DNA of 64,000 nt from Lama glama (lineage: Eukaryota), in the NCBI GenBank assembly GCA_028534125.1, contig CM052816.1:19098001-19162000 (forward strand). The letters run 5' to 3'. The position numbers and the translations under genes are program-made. Below the pieces are notes generated by a model. The model worked only from the letters and a program-made list of their open reading frames with translations, was not told the origin of the DNA and made no database searches. Positions 24,653-40,097 of this stretch are shown piece by piece. Within the stretch, counting starts at the first letter, position 1. Each line of letters opens with the position of its first letter.

Positions 24653-27600
24653 TAGGACAGGCCTCAGGGCTGGCCAAGGCGGGGGTGCTGGGGGGAGACG
24701 GGCAGGCTGAAAGGGGAGACAGTGGTAAAGAAGAAGGACAGTGTCTCCTGTGGGGGGTCAGAACACCCCGGGCTTAGTCTGTGGAAGGAGCTGTGTATGT
24801 GGGATGACCTGGTCATCCTATAGCACTGGCCAGAAAAACAGCCAGAAATCAAAACCAGATCCTGGAAAAGGAAAGATCTGCAGGCAGCCCAGGTGTTCTG
24901 GTGGGCACCAAAGGTAGAGCCCTGATCCAGGGGGCAGGATTGTTTCTAGACACAAAGCGGGTGCACTAAGCCATCCGAGGGCTCCTCAAGCCAATCGTCT
25001 GTTTGTTTTAACCGTGGGCAATATGTTTTCAGCCACCCCAGTGATGCAGCTTTGCCAGGACGCCATGGTTTTGTAACAGATGATTCACTTTTGTTGAAAA
25101 TAAAAATGATGCAAAGGCTTTTAAGACCAGAGAATGAGAGTTAATTAGTATTTCTCTGTTAACACCAAAAAATGGGGTGGAGAGAGAGGGAATTTTCTGA
25201 ATTTTTTTTTTTACCCTACATTAAAAAAAAAAAAACTAAAGGCATGAATTTGACCTTCCATATAAGTTGAGCTTAGTTTGAATGGTTAACCACTTGGTTC
25301 TGAAGCTGCATCATTTTTAAAACTTCACTGTCAGTTTTCTTTTGCATCTCAGTGACACAGTCCTCCTGCTCACCTCATCGCAAGTGCTCCTTCCCCCCTC
25401 CCTCTTCCTGTCACTAATTGCAATCAGGCTCTCATGATGCAATTCCTGTGGTGGATTCTGTGTTCCAGCAAATAACCATTACAGTGTACATTTTATAACC
25501 ATTATCTGTATTTTGTATGCATTTTTCAAAGGAAAAAAAATAAGCAGCACTAGTTGTCATCTTAAGGTCTGGGGCTTCAAAAGTTTTTGTTTAAAATATT
25601 TTTTGTTTATTTATAAAATTTCAGCTCAGCAGTGAAGGCAACCACTGGGTCTCTTTTCACACCCTTTAACATGTCCTTTGGGTAATATGTGGAAAGTTAA
25701 TGTGACCTGTCATCCAGATTGCTTTGGTTTGAACTAAAGTGTGAAAAACCCCTGTGCAAATAGCAGTGTGACTTTGGGGCTAGTTTCAATGTGCTTCAGG
25801 TCCCTAGTGCTGACCATCAGCCGAGACTTGGAAGCCTGTTCAGCAGGTAGAACATTTCAGCCTCTGGGGCCACTCTCCCTCGCTCCTCCCCCTGCCTCTC
25901 CCTTGGGTGCCCTGACCCTGGCCTCTCCCTTCCCTGTGTTCTTCTTGCTCTCTCCTGCCAGTTACCCCAAAACCAGCTTCCAGTCAGAACTCCTCACACC
26001 CCTTTGCTGGATGAACTCAAATATTTGCAGAATAGCAATACTCAGCCATGCAAATGTCCATGTATAAACGGAGATGCCCTTCTTGCCCTTCTTGATCTTG
26101 GGATCAGGGCTGCATCTAGATCTGCTGCACATGGGCCCTGGAAGGGAGGCAACAAAGGCTGCAAACACATTTCTAGCCCCTCTGCACACCAAGCAGCACC
26201 ATCCTCCTCCTCCATTTGGGGACATCTAGTCTCAGGCCTCAGGACCAGGCACCTCAGGCAGGAAAGTACCAGAAAGTACAAATCTAGCTAATCCTGTACC
26301 CGACAGAGTTCGGGAAGAGGAGTCCAAAAAGCTGTAGAGAAGCACTGATACTCTATAATAGTTTACAGGCATGTTATCTAATATTATTTAGGAAACAGAG
26401 GAACATGGAAGAAGTAGGCTTAACAGGGAAACTAATGTGCCTGCTAGATATCTTGACTTTTGAAAGGAGAATCTGATTGCTTGGAGCCCAGTATAAAACA
26501 GTCAACTATGAGAGAAGGAACTGTGTGCAGAACCAGAAAGAACACCTGCTTTCTTTCCTTTATCACACAGTCAAGTGTGATAGGTGGGACAGAACCCCAA
26601 AATACCCTGAGACTGCCTTTGCAGTAAATATACTTCCCAAGACGCACACATCCAGGATGAGCTACCCCCAATTCCAGCTTTGCAGACTGCCTTTAGCAGA
26701 GTAAACTGGGTCTCCCCAAATGTGGTGTCACAGAATAAAGCGGCAACTCAAGTCACCCTAGGCACCCTATTAGGAACTCGTGTCCTAGCAGCCCTTTTGG
26801 GAACCCTGTGCCCCTTCAGCATGAGATGGAGTGTGTTCATAGTTGGGAGCATTATTTTGAAGCAGTACTTTCTGGCCCTTTGTTCGTTTTTACTGTCGGG
26901 TGAAAGTCATGGCATATAGTGCAAAGGGGGCAAAAGTGGTAAAACTGACATATAGGAATTTTTACACAAAGCACATTTTAAAATGTCATTATTACAGACA
27001 TTAATTTTGAATTGGATCTTAGGAAATGTTTCAAAAAGCATACTTGACAGTGATGACTGTATACTACCCTGTGTCTGTAAATCTTATTTTCCACCCGTGA
27101 CAATGAAACCAATGCTAGAATAGTGCAAGCAAGCTGAGGTCAGAAAAAGTGATACTCTGCTTGCTACAGCCGTGTAAGGCTGGTTGCTAAGCCCCTGGCA
27201 GGAGAAGCCAGCCCAGGGCTTTGGAGCCTGGGGTCTAAGTGTTGTTGATGATGTATTTCACATACTGACATCTCAGGAGTAATCACCCTCATTACTCTCT
27301 GATTTTACCCAGTGTTCACACACATTGTTGAATTGTTTTCAAAAGGAGAACAGTGATGTGAATCTGAACTGACTAAATGTTTTTCCTTTGTGGTTCAGTG
27401 GAGATTCCCAGCTTCTTTTCAGAGACTTAAAAAGTTTTATGTCCAGAGTACTTCCAGTGTGCATTTCTATAAATCTGTGTCAGTGGTAGTGGATGACGTA
27501 GGCTTCCCTGGAAGAATCAGTGTTATTAGAAGCAGTTTGGAAGGCAGTGTAAAGAGGGTGTGAGTGAGCCTCTGTGCCTCCCCAACTATCAGGATTGCAG

Positions 27601-30108
27601 CCGCAGGCCCACAGGCCGCGAGAGACAGGGGTAGGTATCATGGGTTTTCTCCCTCAGATCCAGATGCCCTTGTCCCAGGGGCTGGGAACAGGAAGGAGAG
27701 AGGGAGCGCTGGAAGCGGTAGTCAGGAGGAAAGGGCTGCTACCCACTTCTACCCTGTGGCTGATGATTGGCTTCTGAGCCAGCTGAGGGTGCTCACGAAG
27801 CCATGCTCCTGGGTCTCCAGCAGTGCCCACGCGTGTCCTTATCTTTGTGTGGCACATTCTAGCCCGAACCCACCAGATGCCATCGCCAGGCCTGAGTTCT
27901 CTGGGGGAATTTAGGCCAGGGATGCGTGCAGGCTGGGCAGAAAAGGAGCCCCTTCATCCCAGAGGCCAGGGCAGGAGTGGGCCCTGGATCAGGCCCCAGG
28001 GAGCACATGGTTCTCCATGGGGACACAGAATCAGTTTTATGGAGAACCTCACCTTTCCATCCTCCTTAGCAGAAGTGGACTGTGGGGACAGGAAAAGACT
28101 TGCATTTTCTGTGGCAAGCACAGGGAAAGAAGACCGGCCAGTCTCCTTCCTTGTCCATGGTGGGGGGAGTAAGAGATAACCACATTTTGACAGTGACAGG
28201 ATGACTCAACATGTCAGTCAGATCATCTTTAATGATCACTTTTATTTCCTAAAATTGAATTTCTGATTATAAATTTAAAAAAAAATAGGATTCTTCTATT
28301 TCCTGTGCCAAATAGGTCATATCAAGGCAGCCTGGATGTCCATCCAGTAGCTCCAAGCCATCAGCTCCTTCCTTATCATGGGCAAGCTGCCTCCTGACCT
28401 GCCCTCACTTGTGGTGCCGCCCTCCCTTCCAGGATGGCCATGTTGGCTCTGAACCACCTCAGGTCCCAGCTAGGCCAAGGGCCCGGCTCCTGAGCTCTAG
28501 CCTTAGCAGTTAGCCCTGTTTTCAGGGAAGGGGTTTGTTGACTTCATCCCAGAGATATGTCTGGATGTTTGACATTCAATTCCAGGTCTATTTGTGGGCT
28601 CACAGGAACCAAACCCTGTCTTAGGGACTGTATGGCCCTCAGGCAGGAGGCAACCCACTCTCTGTCTCCAAGGAGCTTTGTACCCTAATGAGTTCCATCA
28701 GGAGTGGACAACAAGGGTTAAGTGGCATAATCACTCGAGGGAAGACGGGGTGGTGTAGACATCAGAGGCTGGCTGCTGCAGAGCCCGCTAAGATGAGCAT
28801 CACCAGGTCCCAGTGGTGGAAGAGCTCTTGAAGGACACTTGGCCCAGTCCCTTTCTCCCAACTCTACAGCCAAGTGGGGCCCCCTCTCTGCTCTGCCACT
28901 TGTAATACTCTGAGGTCACTCTCTCCAGTGGCCAGCAGTCTTCACAGATATTTTAAATTCCCCATGCTATGGTTTAAAACTTAGTTTCCCATGTTTCCCA
29001 ATGTTAAGTTAAGGAAGTAGTCACCTTATTCAAATTCTGAAATCATTAATGACCTGCCTCCATTCCAGAAGATCAGACTAAACTTGGCAATTTTCATAGT
29101 TCCCCAGAAACCTGCTTTTCCAGCCCACAAATACCCCTGTGCTTCAGACAGCCATGTGCCCCTTTGGCTGAGAGGCCCAGGTGGATTTGACCCTGGGTGG
29201 GCTTGGAGGGGCCTGGGACCTCCTAGGACTGGCATCTATCCCGGCCCTACCAGGCCTGTGTGTCCTCTGCACAGCGAGATCCTTTTCAGGCATGTGTGTA
29301 CATGGCCTGTGTCCATCTTTCTGTCCAGGGGCATCTGTCTTTGTGTATGATCATTTCACTGTTGGCTGCTGCCCACCGGTCCAGCCTGCCCAAGTCAAGA
29401 TATAGCCCATTTGTCTTTCCAAAGTGCCTGAAGCAATTTGTCCTCTCCTCTCCCCATTCTTCTCCCAAACACACAAACACACCTCCATCCCCGGCCCCTC
29501 CACTAAGCACATGCTTTATAGTCCTCTATATTTGTACATATTTAACAACAAGACTGTTTTGTGGCTCATCCCCTCATCCTGAGGACTTCCGCTGAGCCTG
29601 GCACACAGCAGAGTGTAGTTGGAAAGTCAAGACTCAGATGTGGGTGAGAATGAACCAGCACTTGGTTAGCTAGGGCTTCTCAGTGCTGGTAGCAGTGGCT
29701 CCCCGAGATGCAGTAGTGTATGCTTCCAAGAGCAGGGCTGCCTCTGGTAAGAGGGAAGGTGATGAGCCCAGAGTGAACTGGGGAATCTCCGAGGATCTTG
29801 AGTTCTCTTTGCAACCACTCTCTAGCTTCAGCAAGGCTGTGAAGTCTCACAGTGTCCCCAGAAAGCCCATTCCCCTAGAGAAGAGGAGTTCTCCCCAGGC
29901 AGAGTCTCAGTCTGCTGGGGTCTCCCCAGCCCAAGTTGAATCTGCATGGAAATAGCTGGGTTTCCACTGAGGCATTTCTGCATACAAATCCAGAAGCATC
30001 TATACAACTGGAAAAAAATAGTGTGGATTTTACAGATTTAAACATGTATGGCTTTTTTCTTTCTTAGCAGCCTTTTTTTTTTTTAATGTTCCAAACTATC
30101 ACTAACTT

Positions 30109-30239
30109 TTTTTAAATTTTTTTGGGGGGGGGAGGATTAGGTTTGTTTATTTATTTATTTAATGACAGTATTGGGGATTGAACCCCGGACTTTGTGCATG
30201 CTAAGCACACACTCTGCCCCTGAGCTATACCAGCACCCC
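30109..30239 (-). mobile_element. tRNA-derived SINE, camelid Vic-1-like
   Basis: Minus strand GGTATAGCTCAGGGGCAGAG (A box)...GGTTCAATCCC (B box), then (TAAA)n, a C-run and an A-rich tail. Confidence 0.85.
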
Positions 30240-32163
30240 ATAAACAAACCAAAAAAGAATCTCATAGATGTCTTAAAAGTGTTCTCATCCACAACACCAA
30301 GTGGAATGTTTCTTTCCCTTTTTTCTCCTTTTCCTTTCTCCTCCAGCAACCTTCTGCTGCTTAATATAGTATGGGGTTTTATTTTTGGTAGGGAGCAAGG
30401 AGTATTGGCTTAATGTGTTTTTATTGACAGCATTTGTTTGAGTACTTACTTGATATCGTAATCAAACCCTTTCCCCCATCCTGAACCCTGAACCTTCTCT
30501 TGCCTTACCCTGAGCCCCCGTCCTTCTGGTGCGTGCCCACCCACACCCCTTCTCCTGAGCATAGTCGTTAGCACCCTCGCCCTGATGCTGTCTCTTTTCT
30601 GAGGCTCTGTCCTGGCACCAGGGCCTGTACTTCTGAGAGTCTCACTGTGTGAGATCACCCAGTGGGCTTCCTTCAGCTTCCAGAATGTCGGTGGCCCCTG
30701 ATCACCTGCAGTGCTGGGAACTATACCCCAGAAAGCCCAAGTGGAGAGAGTTTGTGCCTCTTCTCTGTTCAAGCCCTCACTCACAGTGAGGCCTGCCACG
30801 CTTTGCCAAGGGACTAACCAGAGTCCTTCCTCGGCCATGAGACCAAATTTATTTCCACAACTTTTAGTCTAAGCAGGTCCCTTTTTTGAGAATCTGCTGA
30901 CTGCTTCTGGGAATCAGAAATGTGTTTATATTTCTGTTGCTTATAGAACGTCAGGTTTTTTTGTTTGATTTTGATTTCAACAAAATGTTTGGCCCTGGAA
31001 ATTCAGTGACTTGCAGCTCAGTTGCCAAGAGCCTCTGGCCAAGTGTCTGCACACAGCCCTCTCCTGGGAGTGAGTGCCTGGACAAGGATGCCTGCCCTGC
31101 TGGGCCTGGTGGGTGCAATCAGCTCCCCCAGCCAGGGTTGCAGTCGGTCTTGGGCATCCTGTGGCTGCTTGGGCATTGCTCTCTGCTGCAGCTGTTAGAG
31201 ATTTATGTTACTGAAGAACAAGCATCTCCACTGGGAGAGCATGAATGCTTAGCTGCAGGTACTTGTCCCTAAGGACAGGAAAGGGAAGAGTAGGACCCAG
31301 AATGCCCTGGGCAGCTGATTCCCCTTGCCTTTCTGACAGCCAATCTAGAACTTAGAATTCCTCTCAGATCGAGGGTTGTGATGGGAAGGGGAGTGGCTTT
31401 TCACAAAGACTCAGTTGATGGGGTACTCATAAAACTCACTCAAGGGAAATGCTCTATGCATTGGGCCTCAGATTAGCCTCACCAACAAGGTGAACAGTTT
31501 AAAGGACACACTGTCTTGCTCAAGAACTGCCGTGTTTCTTCTTGGGTTTTGCCGGAACTTCAGCATTACATGACTAATAGGCACGTAAAATTAGATGTTA
31601 CTAGGCAATAGACCATTCTTGCTCCTTGCCACCCCTGAGCAGGGCAGGGGAGCCAGCCAGCCAGTAGTCACAGTGATGGGGACAGCCTGAAAGGCCCAGG
31701 GCCCCTTGGGAGGAGAAGGGCAGAGGTACTAGGGGTTTGCCCAAACCAGTGAGGACTTCTGCACCATCCCTGCTCAAAGAGGAGAACAGTCACATATGCC
31801 ACCTCTCCCTACCCCAGCAGTGAGTGCTCCACTCTGGGTCCTGAGCTGTTGTACTGTGGCCTCCAGATCACAAGTTCTTTTAAAGGGAAGTGGATCCCCC
31901 AGTCTAATAGGTCTCATGCCTCCCTTTGGCCCCAGGCATCACTCAACAGGTTCTGGACCCTCAGCCTAGCTTGCTTCTTTTCAGCATCCCAGTCAGCATT
32001 TGAGTCTTGTTTGAAATGGATTCATTTTAGCCAGTGACTCCCTCTTCCCTTCTGTGCCCAGTGCACCCAGAGTGTCCACTGCCCTCCTTTTATATCCCAA
32101 GGCTCACGGCTCTGTGACTTCCCGGCTGTCCTGTTATTTCCCACCTCATGCTTTTCTTTTCAG

Positions 32164-32263
32164 CTGAACCTTATTCACAGTGAAATCAGTAATTTAGCCG
32201 GCTTTGAGGTGGAGGCCATAATCAATCCTACCAATGCTGACATTGACCTTAAAGATGACCTAG
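32164..32263 (+). CDS. MACROH2A1: mutually exclusive exon 6, macroH2A1.2-specific
   Basis: ttttcag|CTG AAC CTT encodes LNLIHSEISNLAGFEVEAIINPTNADIDLKDDL(G); 100 nt; donor G|gtaatt; absent from the ORF track. Confidence 0.98.
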
Positions 32264-34008
32264 GTAATTGGGGATGGGGTTTGGCACCATCAGCTGTCAG
32301 ATGAAAAGTTATGGAACCCAGAATTTAGGCTCTTCATCTTCTAAAACTTCAGATGGTCAAACCAAAATCCCAAATGCAAGACTAGTGTTTGAGTATAGAC
32401 ACTGAATGTCTGCTAACTCCAGGCCATTCAAATAGGAACAATCTGATAATGCTTCATTAAGTGCGATTGGCTACTTTCCCCTGGATTGTAAATCTGTTGC
32501 CATCTAAATTCTCTTCCATAATGATCATACTGACTGCTGGTTACTTGGGGGGGGGATTTTTTAAAGATGTGTTCGGTATTTTTTTTTTTTAAGAACTGAA
32601 AAATCTCAGGTAAATACAAAATGATAGTTTCTCCATTTAAGCCTTAATTAGAAATGACACTCACCAAAGCTTGAAAACGCTTGAGAAGGGAGACAAACTG
32701 CATCAATACCATGAAGCTCTCTTTAGTCCACCAGCAAATTGGTTTTCCCCAAATTTACCAGCTACTGTCACTTCAGCTGTTTCTACAGCTGAAAACAGTG
32801 TATGACTTGAGTGCCACCTTCATGAATTATTTGGCTGAAATACGATACTAAAAAGAAGGGCAATATGAGTGCGTTCTTACGGAGGAAAACTGCCATGGCA
32901 TCTCCCTGCTCAGGAGGGTGGGCAGTTCAGGACAAGCTGAGAGGTACCCCTCGGGTGTCCCACTGCATGGCTTCACCTTTGCAGAGAGGAACTGTCAGCT
33001 CAGGGGCACAGTGAAGGCGCTTGTCCTCTGATCTGTTAGCCTTGCCAGGGGCAGCAGCTAGCAGATGCCCGCAAAGGCAGCCTCATACCTGATGCTGACC
33101 GAGGTATGTTTTGTGTACCTTTAGCTTCCATCTTCGGCCACCTTTGTAAGACGGCGTACTTCCTTACTGGGAGAGGTGCTCGTTCCAGAGCCCAGACCCG
33201 ACTCACACAAACTGGGTTCAGCAGTGGGCTGAGGACGTGAGAATTGGGACTCAAGCAGGCCTGGCTTGAACTTGTTTTCCAACTGCCTGAAACAGATACT
33301 TTCTTTAAAACAAAAACAAAAAAGCCCACCAACTAGAAAAAGCAAGCATCCTATCTATCCATAGTATATTTTATACGTGAAATACGTAAAATTAAGATGG
33401 ATTACAATACGAGGTAGGCCTGAGAAAATATTCTTACACATTTGAGGTGGAAAAATAAAGGCAGTCCTCTGTGTAACACCTACTGTTTACTCTGTTTTCA
33501 AGAGATGTTCCTTGAAGAGTAGACAAAATGATGAATGTCACAAGAAGAAAAATCAAACCCTGAAAGGTGACTGCTGCCGACAAAATGGAGAAACTTGTTG
33601 TTTTGGTTGGCCTGATGGTCCACATTTTTTAAAAACAGATGCCATGTTTTAATAGCCTTCTCAGTGGGGTGCCAGTCTTAGAGGCTTTTGCAAAGTGAAA
33701 TGGGGCATTCGTTGTTTTGTTATTTCTTTTAACCTTTGGAAATGATCTCATGTGTGTGTTTCTCTTTTTTTGGACTTGCCATTCAAATGTTTAATTTAAA
33801 CATGTCACATTTGATATTCCTCCTCCTCCTCCTCCTCCTCTCCTCACCCCCATCCACATGTGCGCACACTTCGTGGACTGATTGCCCTTTTGGCTCATAT
33901 GTTGGAATCGACCAGGTAGGCCAGCCCTGCCATTGGGGCCTTAGTAAATGTGCCTGTGCGTGGGTCTCGGTCCAACACAGTTGATATACATTTGTTTACC
34001 TGTTATAG

Positions 34009-34107
<99 letters not shown>

Positions 34108-34849
34108 TAGCCGGGTGCTGCCGAGTGTGTGTGTGCATGGTCAGTCGGCCGCCGCAGACAGCTTGATCCTTTGACAGCTATGCAGGGCTGCATTCATTTC
34201 ACACTTCCAGCTGTCCTGACCTTCCCCAGGTCTCTCATCCCCGGGTTGTGAATGCGAGAATACAGCTAACTGTCAGCCAGGTTGCATCGTGCAGCTCACT
34301 AATGGGCACACTTCTGGTTTGGAAACTGGTTCCACAACGTCATTTCTTCATTTGCTTCTTGAGGCACTGCTTTTGTGGAGACTGGGTTCACACATGATTT
34401 TAGCTGCGAGAGGGATACAGCCAAATTGGCTGAGTTGCATCCAGGACCACGTCTGTGTCCTCTGTGGACCTGGTACACAGGAGTGCCTGTGCCCAGGTCT
34501 GTGTCAGAAGCACAGTTATTCCTGAAAATGGCCTTCAAGCCCCAGGCACACATGGGCGTGCTTTTAGAACAGTCTCCCACGCTTAGGGGTTCTCATTTTG
34601 ATGTGGTGTCCTTAGACCACTCTTGAGAAACTTTCTCCTAGACCCAGAAAATTCCTTCCTCTCCCTGGCAGCTGAAACACATTGTCAGTTGGCTTCCGGT
34701 GCTAAGGAGCTCAGGGTGGGATGAGGCAGAGAGAGCTTTTGGGGTGCCAGGTGCCAAGTCCTGTGGCTGCAGACTTGCTACACAAGCATCAGATAGTGCC
34801 CAGCTTTAAGAATGTGTTGAGGAGCTTATATAATGAGGAGATAGCCAGG

Positions 34850-35060
34850 TGTGGTGGCAAAAAAGCACAGGTTTGGAACTCGGTAAAAGGATACTGAACC
34901 CTAATCTTAGCATTTACTGGTCATGGGCCTGGGCAAGTCACCTAATCTCAATGCCTTGGTTTCCCTGTACATAAAATAGTGGTAATAATGAGAATTATGT
35001 TAAATCAAATAAGCAAAGCACCTTGTTCAGTGCCTGGCTCATGATTGGTGCTTACTGTAT
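34850..35060 (+). mobile_element. MIR SINE
   Basis: TGGGCAAGTCACCTAATCTC...CCTTGGTTTCCCT...AAAGCACCTTG...AGTGCCTGGC. Confidence 0.75.
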
Positions 35061-38000
35061 GGTCTCGCTCTCTCATGTGCATATATGACTTTTACAGTAG
35101 ATGTGCAGATCCCAAGACCAGCATTCCGAGTATAGATTCAAACACCAGTTTCCAAAGAGAATGGATACATCTCTGACAAGGGCAGAAGTGAAGTCATCTT
35201 GAAGGATGAGGCTGTTGGGATTTGCGTGAGTGTCCCGGACACTGGAAGTACAACAGCTTGGCAGTCCCGTCCAGCTAAGTTTAGATGTCCAGTGTCACTA
35301 ACAAAGCCCACAGTCTGCCCCAGCCATTGTGATTCGGGCTAATTGCTCTCCTGGGCATTTTGGATTTTTGACATGGAGGGAAAGACAGACTGGACAGAGA
35401 GTCAGGATTCGCCAAGTCTGCTGGCCTAAGTGAAATCAGGCGGTAGGCAATTAAACTCCCCTTTCACAAGATTTTGGAGGAGTTTAAGAGCTCCTAAATC
35501 AGGCAGCTTAAGAGAAAGATAACTTCCTTTTTTAAACATGAAAACTTGATGGGAGAGAAGTACTTATTTGGAGGAAAATAAACAGCTAAGGGCTTATCTT
35601 TCTGCCAGGAGTGAGGCAGGCCTGGGTTCATCCTGCCATCCAGGTCTTTGGGTCCTGAAATAGAAATTATGAAACTTCTTGGGCAAAAGCATCTCACCCA
35701 GTCCCAGGGAGAAAAAAAAAGGGCTGACCTGCAGTGGCTGTGGAGGTGTTTGTGCAGGATTAGCCATACCAGGAGGTAGAGCTGGAGGCTTTGAAGCCCG
35801 GAGGAGACAGCTGGGATAACAGGCAGGGCAACTGTGCCCCCCCGGAAGAGCCCAGTCCTTCCTAAACTGTGAACAGAACTGGTCTCCTGGGAAAACTGAC
35901 AGTGCTAGTGCTTCCCCTCTGACATGTTTGCCCCCAGCCCACTCGTATGCACAGGGTGGGCATATGTAAGGAACCCAGGCCTGAGAGATTGGTCAGGGTC
36001 ACAGGGCAGGTCCACACAACCTGACTGGCCTGTGAGGAAAGACTGTGCCAGGACCTGAACCCAGGTCTTCCAAAGAGCCCACCTCAGTGCTTTTTCTCGG
36101 AGAACCAGTCCAAACTAGTACTGAACCCAGCTCTCTTTTACAAGACCAAAACTGTGATCATCCGGATTCACACATGGTCTCAATTGGTTCCAGCTTCCAC
36201 TTTGATGTGTGAGAGGGGAAAAGAGGAAGCGAGGATGTAATCACTCCACTTCTCATATTTGGTGTGAATTCCTGAGTCCCAAGACTGCTGGAAGAAGGAA
36301 TGCGAGTGCAGGAATGCTTAGCCCCAGTGATTAACTTTTACCCATCAAAGTTCTTTCTAACAGTGAAATAGACCACAGGCTGAGCCTGACATGTGTCCAA
36401 GCCTAAATTTTCGCTTAGGCTGTTTCGAACACTGATACTTATGCCTGCTTTCTAAGCATGAAATAATGTTCTTGTTCTCATGGGAGTAACACATGTTTAT
36501 GCTTGGGGGCAAATAAGCCAATTGCTTTATGATTAACCCTGAAGTTAAACCTAAAAAGCAAGAGTCTTACATTAACAGTGTTGACAATTCAGTTGAAATG
36601 GGCCTGTTTCTTGTTAAAAAGTACACGTGTGTCTACATGAACATGTGCATACGTATGTGTGTGTAGGAGTCAAGTCCTGACGGGGTTGATTGCCTGCAAT
36701 CTAGGGTTCAGTTTTTAAGTTTGGGAAATGCATTAAGTGTAATTTAACTTGCAAATTTCACCTCTAATTAAAGCAAGATTTAATTATAAGTAAAAATTTT
36801 AAACACTCTTCCTAAGATAAAACATCTTTAATTATAAATCAGCCCATTTTCTTACTATTTCTGTTTCTGAAAGAAGTTGGTGGTATTAATACAGCACTGA
36901 TTTTACTTTTACCTGCCAAATTTCCCAGTTCTCCTCAAAGAGTAGATGTGAGAGAGAATGCAGACCTGAAATAGTCCTGCCTGGGGCATGTTTGTATCTG
37001 TCCCTCAAGCTGGAGGATGGGTGAGGAGAGGAGGCCAGAGTAGGCACAGCCGGGCAGCAGCATTTGGGAGCCAGCATATTCAGACGTCCAGATTCAATTT
37101 TCTCAGTTGCATGGGTATTTTGAATGAACCCGTTAATCGGGCCTCACTCACCTGGGTTGTACCCCAAAGTCTCCACCCCTGGTGGGTGGAGTTGAGCCAC
37201 AAGGCCCGACCGAGCCTGCTCCCTAAAGCCCATTCAGCCACTGTCTCTGATGCTGAACTTTGTCAGAAACACGCAGAGGCCACCACCACTGCGGGTAAAA
37301 ACCTCTGAAGAGTACATGTTTTCCCATTCAAGCCCACTGGACTGCTTTCCAAGACAGGTGAAGGCTTGCGGGCAGTTTGGGCTGACGAGGAGGGATGCCA
37401 GATCCCACCTCAGGGGTCCCAAGTTCATCTCTGTCTGAAAGCCAGGCCTTCTAGCTGAGTGCTCCTTGTGGGTGACAGCCAGCCTGCTGCTCACATTCTT
37501 TCAGGCACCCAGACCTCCTAGAGTTGGGTGGCCTCCAGGTCAGTGTCTGCCACTAGCCATGGGCTGTCTTATTTGTGACAGTACCCAGGCTGTCTGCTTT
37601 TCCTTCTGGACACTTCCTGGGGTTAGTTCACCCCTCCAGAACAGCATGCAAATGAGGCAGGTTTCTCTACAATAATCAGACCTAGTCATTCCAGGGTGAA
37701 TCCAAAGAGAATCTGGGCTGGTGCATCCCAGTGCACCCTGACTGACCCACACCAGAATGTGCCAGGGGCACCCTGGATTTTCCAAGACAGATGGTGAATC
37801 TTAAGGGGAGTATTTTATCCTCTCGTGAGGAATGTACTTTAAAATGTGCACAACTGAGGAATCAGAGCTTACAGAAGACTGAGACTCCATTCTGGCCAAA
37901 CCTAAAGGGATAATTTTGATTGCTGCCCACTGTCCCATGTGAGACATTTAACCCACAGACCTTGTAGGTGTTGGTAATCTTGTTTGGGAACTTGGCTTTC

Positions 38001-38736
38001 ACAGCAGGAATGGATTATTTGGCAAGTACCCTAATTCAAGAAGAGGTGCTCCCTGCCTCCATTTGATTTTTTTCTTTGTTTGTTTTAAATCTGGTCTTGA
38101 ACAGTTAGTCATTCTTCTTTGCAAGCTTTGATATAATACAAGTTCATCTTTAAGCTCTGCTTCTGATGTTGCTCTTATTTACCTAAAATGATTCTGAATC
38201 ATTAGTATGATTAAGGAAATACTGTCTGAGGCCATTTTTTTTCTTTTTTTGTATTCACATATGACACCAAAGCTGCAAAACAGGAACTAAGCGTGGTAAT
38301 AGTGCTGGTCCAGAGGTGGCCAAATCTGAGGGCTTTCTTCTGGGCCTTCTGCCAAGAGGAGAGCTAGCTGCCTGATGGAAGCATGGCATGCATCTTCTAA
38401 AACCTCCTTATTTGGAGACTCTCCCAAGAGACAGAAGAAAATCCAGGGGAGGCATCAGCCTCGGAAGCCAGCACCATCTGGTTTCTCGCACCGATGGAAA
38501 GCATGCAGGATGGGCATGCTCGCAAAGAATAGGCGTCTCCCGTCTCCCTCACATCTCTGGCATGTCTAGGATCACCCCAGATCACCCCAGTTCGTCCCCA
38601 AATAAGGGGCAGCAAAGGCAGCTCAGTGACCAGCAGTGCTGGAGTGGTGACTGGCCGACAGTGAATCCCTTCGAAACCTCACTTTTCTGACTCAGCCAAG
38701 GCTTTGTCCCTGTTTTGCAGCTGTCTGAAAGTGTAG

Positions 38737-38991
<255 letters not shown>

Positions 38992-40097
38992 TGAGACAGC
39001 TCGGAATCAGAGATGCACGGGTATTTCCGAGATGGAGGCAAGAGAAAGCCTGTTAGGCTTCCATCACATACAAATTGTCAGGGGAACTTAAGGGTTGTGA
39101 AAGTTGCCTTTCCAAGTTTTTTCTTTATTGCTTAAAATAGCTTTTAAATGTTTGATGTCTAGACCTCAAATTTTAAGCAGTTACAGAAGCCAGGAGCTGA
39201 GAATTACAGATAGTGGTATTGAGCCATCTGCAGAACTGCTGATGAGGGATGCAAGTGAATGCTTTTCACTCAGCCATCTGTGTTTTTAATGGGAAAAATA
39301 GACATACACACCTCTCACTTGCCAATTACACCTTTCCCGGTACTTAGGATAAGAAAATGACTTGAAATCTAATGGGAGAGAATTATTGCTAAGAGCTAGA
39401 GTCAGGATTCTTGTCACTGCGGCCAACGAGGATTTGGGAATTTTAGGTGGACACAGGGTTTCCTGAGTGCTTGGGAGTCTGAACAGTGGGTACCCACTCA
39501 CCCCACCAGCAGTGTGTGGACAGGCCACTCCTTGCCTCTCTTTGGCCTCCAGTTTTCCCTTCTTACTAGATGGTCCCCAGTGCCCATTCTTTCAAATCCT
39601 GTTTCTGATTTTAAAATGAATCTTAATTGAATTTGGCCTCAGCACTTTGTGACAGCCACACAGCCCTCTCTGGAAGACACTGGGCCTTACCCCTCTTTCC
39701 CCAGTGACCACACATAACCTCCCATTCCTGGGCTAGACAGAGTCCCCACTGCAGATGAGAGGGTAGCATTTCCTTTACTGCTCTGTGCCTCTGACAGCTC
39801 TGTTTTGCCTGCAGAGGGTTGGTGAGGGCACAGTTACCAAGCTCTTCCACACTGAACACGGAGGACACACACAGCATGAACTCCCCAGCCAGGGGCTCCT
39901 GGCCTTTGCTCAGCCCCTTCTTGGCACCTCTCTGCTGGCCAAAGGCCCTTCCCATTGGTACTCTGGTTCAAGCCCATTTGGTGACCCTCAAGCATGAGGT
40001 GTGATGATAGGTGGCCCTGATGCTGCTACACACCAAACTTAGCTGGGGCAAACCCATGAGATTCAGCACAGCTAAGCACATGTTTGCTTGTTCTTGA

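Noticed and set aside
30165..30235. tRNA-like sequence
   Set aside because: Has A/B boxes but is followed by a SINE tail and lacks a proper acceptor stem; SINE, not a tRNA gene
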